The translations under genes and the position numbers were made by a program. This document shows, in pieces, positions 59,380 through 64,000 of a DNA stretch of 64,000 nt (its first letter is position 1; each line of letters opens with the position of its first letter). A model generated the notes under the pieces. The model was not told where the DNA came from. It worked only from the letters and a program-made list of their open reading frames with translations, and did not search any database. This stretch comes from an uncultured SAR86 cluster bacterium (GTDB lineage: Bacteria > Pseudomonadota > Gammaproteobacteria > Magnimaribacterales > AG-339-G14): NCBI GenBank assembly GCA_902616715.1, contig CACMTR010000003.1:16302-80301 (forward strand). Direction: 5' to 3'.

Positions 59380-60128
59380 TGGAAGACAAGGATCTAATTA
59401 GATATAGCAGACATATAATGTTGCCTGAAATTGACATTGAAGGACAGATAAGTATTTCTTCTTCTAAAATTGCTGTCGTAGGGTTAGGCGGCTTAGGATG
59501 CTCAGCTTCTGTTTATCTAGCCGCATCAGGAGTTGGAGAGCTAAACCTAATAGATAATGATTTAATTGATCTTTCAAATTTACAAAGGCAAATATTATTT
59601 TCAGAAGCAGATTTAAATAAAAAAAAAGTAGACACTGCAAAAATAAAACTAACGTCTTTGAATGAAAATATAAAAGTTAATTCATGCAATCTTAGGCTTA
59701 GTAAATCAAATATTAGAAAAATACTAGAAGGATCAGAGATAGTATTAGATTGCTCGGATAATTTTGAAACTAGAAAAGTAATAAATGCGTACTGTTTGAA
59801 TGAAAAAAAAATACTTATTTCAGGGTCTTCGCAAGGTTGGAAAGGGCAGTTTTTCGCCCTTGATTTCAGAAACGAAAATTCACCTTGTTATGAATGTTTC
59901 TTTGAAGACTTAAAAGGAGAAGACTTATCCTGCAGAGAGTCTAGTATTTTTTCACCGCTTGTTGGTATCATCGGTTCCTTTATGGCCTCTGAACTTATAA
60001 AAAAATTAATTTCTATAGGCGAATTAAAATCTGAGATTATTGAAATTGATTTGAAACAAAATATATTTAGAAGGCTAAATCTTAGAAAAAATGAAAACTG
60101 TTTACTTTGCTCAAAAGTTAAAAAATAA
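59379..60128 (+). CDS. moeB: ThiF/MoeB family adenylyltransferase (probable molybdopterin-synthase adenylyltransferase)
   Basis: RYSRHIMLPEI, VVGLGGLGC nucleotide loop, and CxxC pairs (CYEC, CLLC). Position after prmC as in Pseudomonas moeB. ATG 59379 preferred over the GTG at 59376. A ThiF-like role cannot be excluded. Confidence 0.75.
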   Translation: MEDKDLIRYSRHIMLPEIDIEGQISISSSKIAVVGLGGLGCSASVYLAASGVGELNLIDNDLIDLSNLQRQILFSEADLNKKKVDTAKIKLTSLNENIKVNSCNLRLSKSNIRKILEGSEIVLDCSDNFETRKVINAYCLNEKKILISGSSQGWKGQFFALDFRNENSPCYECFFEDLKGEDLSCRESSIFSPLVGIIGSFMASELIKKLISIGELKSEIIEIDLKQNIFRRLNLRKNENCLLCSKVKK

Positions 60129-60196
60129 GTTGAAGCTTTGATATTACAGTTATATTCTTAGTTCCTAATTTTTTTAATTACCTTTAGGAGATAAAG

Positions 60197-61816
60197 ATGT
60201 TGGGTAACATGATGCAAGAACAGTTGATTATTTCAGGTGTTCTGGAACACGCAGAAAAATACAATGCGAATACCGAAATTGTAAGTAATACAATTGAGGG
60301 TGGAATTCATAGATATACTATTAAAGATTCAGCACAGAGATCAAAAAAGCTTGCTAATGCATTACTCAAACTGGGAGTTGAACAGGGAGATGTTATTGCA
60401 ACAATGGCTGTAAATAGTTATCGGCACTTAGAATTATATTTTGGTATCTCAGGATTGGGGGCTATTTTACATACTTTAAATCCAAGATTATTTCCCGATG
60501 ACATCAAATATATTGTCAATCACGCTGAGGATAAATATATTTTTGTAGATGCTCCATTTTTACCGATTATTGAAGGAGTACTTCCAGATTTAAAGACTCT
60601 TAAAGGGATTATTGTCCTTACCGATAAGGCTAATATGCCTTCCTCGTCTATTGAAAATTTAATATGTTATGAAGATTTAATATCGGATGAATCTGAAGAA
60701 ATTGTATGGCCTCAGTTTGATGAAAATACTGCTTCGTCTTTATGCTATACATCTGGAACAACAGGAAATCCCAAAGGAGTTCTCTATTCCCACAGGTCAA
60801 CTATCTTGCACGCCTGGTATGCCACTGCAGGAAATGCAATGAATGTTACCTCTAAAACTGTTTTATTGCCTGTCGTACCAATGTTCCATGTCAATGCCTG
60901 GGGAATTCCTTACGCATCATTTATGTATGGAGCCAAAATGGTCTTTCCCGGACCATTCACTGATGGAGAATCAATAAGCAATTTGATAACTACTGAAAAA
61001 GTAAATCAACTTATGGGTGTACCAACAGTTTGGTTAGATTTACTTAATTATACTGAAAAAAATAACATTGTCTTAGATTCAGTTGAAAGCGTCTTAGTAG
61101 GCGGATCAGCAGCTCCTAAAGCAATGATTAAAGCTTTTCAAGAAAAGCACGATTGTTTTTTACTTCATGGCTGGGGCATGACTGAAATGAGTCCTTTGGG
61201 AACACTAAATGCATACACTCCAGAAATGGACGGCATGGATCTAGATGAAAGATACGATATTCAAACTAGTCAAGGAAAAGCAGTATTTGGTTGCTCAATG
61301 AAAATTGTAGACGACTCAGGGAAAACTTTACCTAATGATGGGAAAACTTTTGGAAGATTAATGGTTAAGGGACCATCAATTATAGAGAGATATTTTAAAT
61401 CAGAAGAAACCGCATTGGAGGAAGGGTGGTTTGACACCGGCGATGTTGCAACAATAGATACAAGTGGATATATGAGAATCGTAGATAGAAGTAAGGATGT
61501 TATTAAATCGGGCGGTGAATGGATTAGCTCTATAGATTTAGAAAATACTGCAGTTGGTCATCCTGGGGTTGCAGAAGCGTGTGTAGTTGGAGTAGCTCAT
61601 CCTAAATGGGACGAAAGACCAATATTATTTATTGTCAAAAATGATATAGAAGATTGTGATAAGGATTCAATTATAAGTTTTCTTTCTGATAAGATTGCTA
61701 AATGGTGGTTACCAGACGATATTATATTCGTTGATGAGTTGCCTCATGGAGCAACCGGAAAGTTGCTTAAAACTGGATTGAGAGATGAATATAAGAATCA
61801 TTTAATAGAAAAATAA
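60197..61816 (+). CDS. long-chain fatty acid--CoA ligase (AMP-forming acyl-CoA synthetase)
   Basis: 539 aa. AMP-binding motif [12 protein letters not shown], plus GWGMTE, TGD, and [15 protein letters not shown] 7 nt upstream. Confidence 0.88.
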   Translation: MLGNMMQEQLIISGVLEHAEKYNANTEIVSNTIEGGIHRYTIKDSAQRSKKLANALLKLGVEQGDVIATMAVNSYRHLELYFGISGLGAILHTLNPRLFPDDIKYIVNHAEDKYIFVDAPFLPIIEGVLPDLKTLKGIIVLTDKANMPSSSIENLICYEDLISDESEEIVWPQFDENTASSLCYTSGTTGNPKGVLYSHRSTILHAWYATAGNAMNVTSKTVLLPVVPMFHVNAWGIPYASFMYGAKMVFPGPFTDGESISNLITTEKVNQLMGVPTVWLDLLNYTEKNNIVLDSVESVLVGGSAAPKAMIKAFQEKHDCFLLHGWGMTEMSPLGTLNAYTPEMDGMDLDERYDIQTSQGKAVFGCSMKIVDDSGKTLPNDGKTFGRLMVKGPSIIERYFKSEETALEEGWFDTGDVATIDTSGYMRIVDRSKDVIKSGGEWISSIDLENTAVGHPGVAEACVVGVAHPKWDERPILFIVKNDIEDCDKDSIISFLSDKIAKWWLPDDIIFVDELPHGATGKLLKTGLRDEYKNHLIEK

Positions 61817-61826
61817 GGAGGAAAAA

Positions 61827-62282
61827 ATGTCAGGATTAGTCCCAGCAGAAACTTTAAAAGATTATATTGGAACAGAGTTCGAACCATCAGACTGGTTGGA
61901 GGTAGATCAGGATCGTATTAATCAGTTCGCTGATGCAACGTTAGATTATCAATTCATTCATGTTGATTCAGAAAAAGCTACGCCTTTATTTGGTTCAACT
62001 ATTGCTCATGGATTTCTATCTTTATCCTTAATAGCAGGCTTAAAGGCTGGTGGAATAGCTCCAGACAATATGACTATGGCCTTCAATTATGGATTGGATA
62101 GGGTAAGATTTTTAACACCAGTAAACGTAGGGTCGAAAGTAAGGACAAAAGCTAAGCTATTATCTGTAGATGAAAAAGATGATGGAAGGTATCTAGTAAA
62201 AAATGAAGTCTCTATGGAAATAGAAGGGCAAGAAAAACCCGCTTTTATAGCTGAATCATTAACTATGTTTGTTACTGGTTAA
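61827..62282 (+). CDS. MaoC-like (R)-specific enoyl-CoA hydratase / dehydratase
   Basis: 151 aa. Hot-dog fold pattern FADATLDYQFIHVD...FGSTIAHGFL. AGGAGG SD upstream. Directly follows the acyl-CoA synthetase. Confidence 0.8.
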   Translation: MSGLVPAETLKDYIGTEFEPSDWLEVDQDRINQFADATLDYQFIHVDSEKATPLFGSTIAHGFLSLSLIAGLKAGGIAPDNMTMAFNYGLDRVRFLTPVNVGSKVRTKAKLLSVDEKDDGRYLVKNEVSMEIEGQEKPAFIAESLTMFVTG

Positions 62283-63723
62283 GCTTTTCTTTTAAAATTT
62301 TGTTAACGACCTTAGGGTCTGCTGAACCTTCGGTCGTTTTCATTACTTGACCAACAAAAAATCCAAATAATTTTTCTTTTCCTTGTTTAAATTGTTCTAG
62401 TTGTTTAGGATTTTTACTAATTACCTCTGAAATAATCCTTGAGATGTCATCTTCATTAGAGATTTGTTTAAGATTTTCTTTTTCAATAATCTCTTCTACT
62501 TTTAGATCTTCGTTCCAAAGAATCTCAAGTACTTTTTTGGCAGCAGGGCCAGATATTTTATTTTCGTACAAGCAATTTAGAAGGTCTATTAAATCACTTG
62601 AAGAAATCAGTGAATCTTCTACCAAACAATTATTTTTATTTAAAATTGCTGAGAAATCTCCCAATATCCATTTAACAGCTGTTTTGACATCTTTTACTGA
62701 GATGGCTACTTTCTCAAAAAAATTGCTCATTCCTTTTGAGCTATTTAAAATTTCAGATTCATAAATACTCAAGCCATATTCAGAGCAGAATCTAGAAATT
62801 TTCTGTTCTGGAAGTTCTGGTAAAGATTTTCTAATATTTTCTATATACTCATTAGATATTTGTAAGGGAATCAAATCTGGTTCAGGAAAATACCTATAGT
62901 CATTTGCGTGTTCTTTTGATCTCATAGATCTAGTTTCGTTTTTTTGAGAATCATAAAGCCTAGTTTCTTGTTCTATTTCGTTGTTTAAATTTTTGATTTT
63001 TATTTGGCGTAAAATCTCAAAATTAATTGCTTTTTCAACAAATTTAAAAGAATTAATGTTTTTAATCTCTGTTCTAAATCCAAATTCAGACTCTCCTTTT
63101 TTTCTAATGGATACGTTTGCATCACACCTTAAAGAACCTTGTGACATATCTCCATCCGAAATGTCTAAAAAAGTGACTATTGAATGAATTTTTTTTAAAT
63201 AGGCAACTGCCTCTTTTGCAGATCTTAAGTCAGGTTCAGACACTATTTCTAAAAGCGGAGTTCCTGCTCTATTCAAGTCTATAGCACTCGATGAATCATA
63301 TTTATCGTGAATTGATTTACCAGCATCTTCTTCTAAATGCGCTCTTGTAATACCTATTAATTTCTTCTCTTCATTACATTCTATTTCAACTGAGCCTTGG
63401 CCAACTATTGGATCGTCTAATTGACTAATTTGATATCCTTTAGGGAGATCTGGATAAAAATAATTTTTTCTGGCAAAAATAGCTGTATTCGAAATTTCTG
63501 CATTAATAGAACATCCAAACTTGACTGCCATTTCAATTGCTTTCTTATTCAAGACAGGTAAAACTCCTGGCAATCCTAAATCAATAATTGAAGCTTGAGA
63601 ATTCTGTTCGATTCCAAATTTTGTAGGGGCATTTGAAAAAATTTTAGATTCTGTAGATAGTTGAACATGGATCTCTAATCCAATTACAGGCTCCCAATCA
63701 CTATATTCAGTTTTTTCAGACAT
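62272..63723 (-). CDS. gatB: Asp/Glu-tRNA amidotransferase subunit B
   Basis: 483 aa. WEPVIGLEIHVQL, RCDANVS, and a YqeY-like C-terminus. The 3' end overlaps the MaoC gene by 11 nt. Confidence 0.96.
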   Translation of the reverse strand: MSEKTEYSDWEPVIGLEIHVQLSTESKIFSNAPTKFGIEQNSQASIIDLGLPGVLPVLNKKAIEMAVKFGCSINAEISNTAIFARKNYFYPDLPKGYQISQLDDPIVGQGSVEIECNEEKKLIGITRAHLEEDAGKSIHDKYDSSSAIDLNRAGTPLLEIVSEPDLRSAKEAVAYLKKIHSIVTFLDISDGDMSQGSLRCDANVSIRKKGESEFGFRTEIKNINSFKFVEKAINFEILRQIKIKNLNNEIEQETRLYDSQKNETRSMRSKEHANDYRYFPEPDLIPLQISNEYIENIRKSLPELPEQKISRFCSEYGLSIYESEILNSSKGMSNFFEKVAISVKDVKTAVKWILGDFSAILNKNNCLVEDSLISSSDLIDLLNCLYENKISGPAAKKVLEILWNEDLKVEEIIEKENLKQISNEDDISRIISEVISKNPKQLEQFKQGKEKLFGFFVGQVMKTTEGSADPKVVNKILKEKLNQ

Positions 63724-64000
63724 GATGATCAGTTAGTTTTTGAAATTGATGAGAAATATTTAGTATTTTACCTTCTTCTAAATGGTTTCCAATAAACTGA
63801 AGTCCCAAAGGCATTTCTTCTGTGTAACCTGAAGGGATAGAAATTGCAGGAAGGCCCGCTAAATTTGCTGGAATGGTATAAATATCTTGTTCATACATTT
63901 TTACTGGATCTTGAATTGAACCCAGTTCGAAAGCTCCATTTGAACAAGTAGGCATTGCAATGACTGATACATTTTTAAAAGCATTTTTAAAACTTTCTGT
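63716..64000 (-). CDS. gatA: Asp/Glu-tRNA amidotransferase subunit A, C-terminal part (gene continues past the window edge)
   Basis: The frame is open to the window end. C-terminal IPANLAGLPAISIPSG is typical of GatA amidases. Overlaps the gatB start by 8 nt. Confidence 0.9.
   Translation of the reverse strand, partial: TESFKNAFKNVSVIAMPTCSNGAFELGSIQDPVKMYEQDIYTIPANLAGLPAISIPSGYTEEMPLGLQFIGNHLEEGKILNISHQFQKLTDHHV

Overview
This is an AT-rich, extremely compact 64-kb stretch of a gammaproteobacterial chromosome made almost entirely of core housekeeping genes. G+C looks like roughly one third by eye; I did not count it. I call 63 protein-coding genes (2 truncated by the window edges) and 5 tRNAs (Leu-GAG, initiator fMet, elongator Met-CAU, Gln-UUG), plus a few promoter, terminator and operator-like sites. 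Adding up the gaps between my calls leaves only 933 nt (about 1.5%) outside a CDS or tRNA.

The gene order is a chain of blocks, each collinear with Pseudomonas and/or E. coli:
- rpsB-tsf-pyrH-frr-uppS-cdsA-dxr-rseP-bamA-skp-lpxD-fabZ-lpxA-lpxB-rnhB-dnaE-accA-tilS
- leuA
- (holD-like)-rimI-tas-GNAT
- csp-like gene, then valS-holC-pepA divergent from lptF-lptG
- RDD-dapD-dapC-map
- carA-carB-greA-rlmE-ftsH-folP-glmM-tpiA-secG-tRNALeu-tRNAfMet-rimP-nusA-infB-rbfA-truB-rpsO-pnp
- tRNAMet-ychF-pth-rplY-prs-tRNAGln-ispE-lolB divergent from prfA-prmC-moeB
- acyl-CoA synthetase, MaoC dehydratase, gatB-gatA

The Pseudomonas-type order, the AT-richness and the compaction fit a streamlined gammaproteobacterium (for example a planktonic SAR86-like lineage). 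The lineage cannot be fixed without a database search.

I found no mobile element, CRISPR array, rRNA, defence island or convincing novel multi-gene system. This is ordinary core genome. The items worth a second look are modest:
- a 97-aa ORF overlapping rimI that looks like a miniature DNA polymerase III psi subunit
- a cold-shock-domain protein with an apparent two-helix membrane anchor
- the ispE stop codon lying inside the tRNA-Gln gene
- all five convergent gene junctions overlapping or abutting, with no room for terminators
- a 33.6-kb rpsB-to-map segment sitting exactly between dapB and carA, which are normally adjacent
- palindromic and direct-repeat motifs in the map/carA control region
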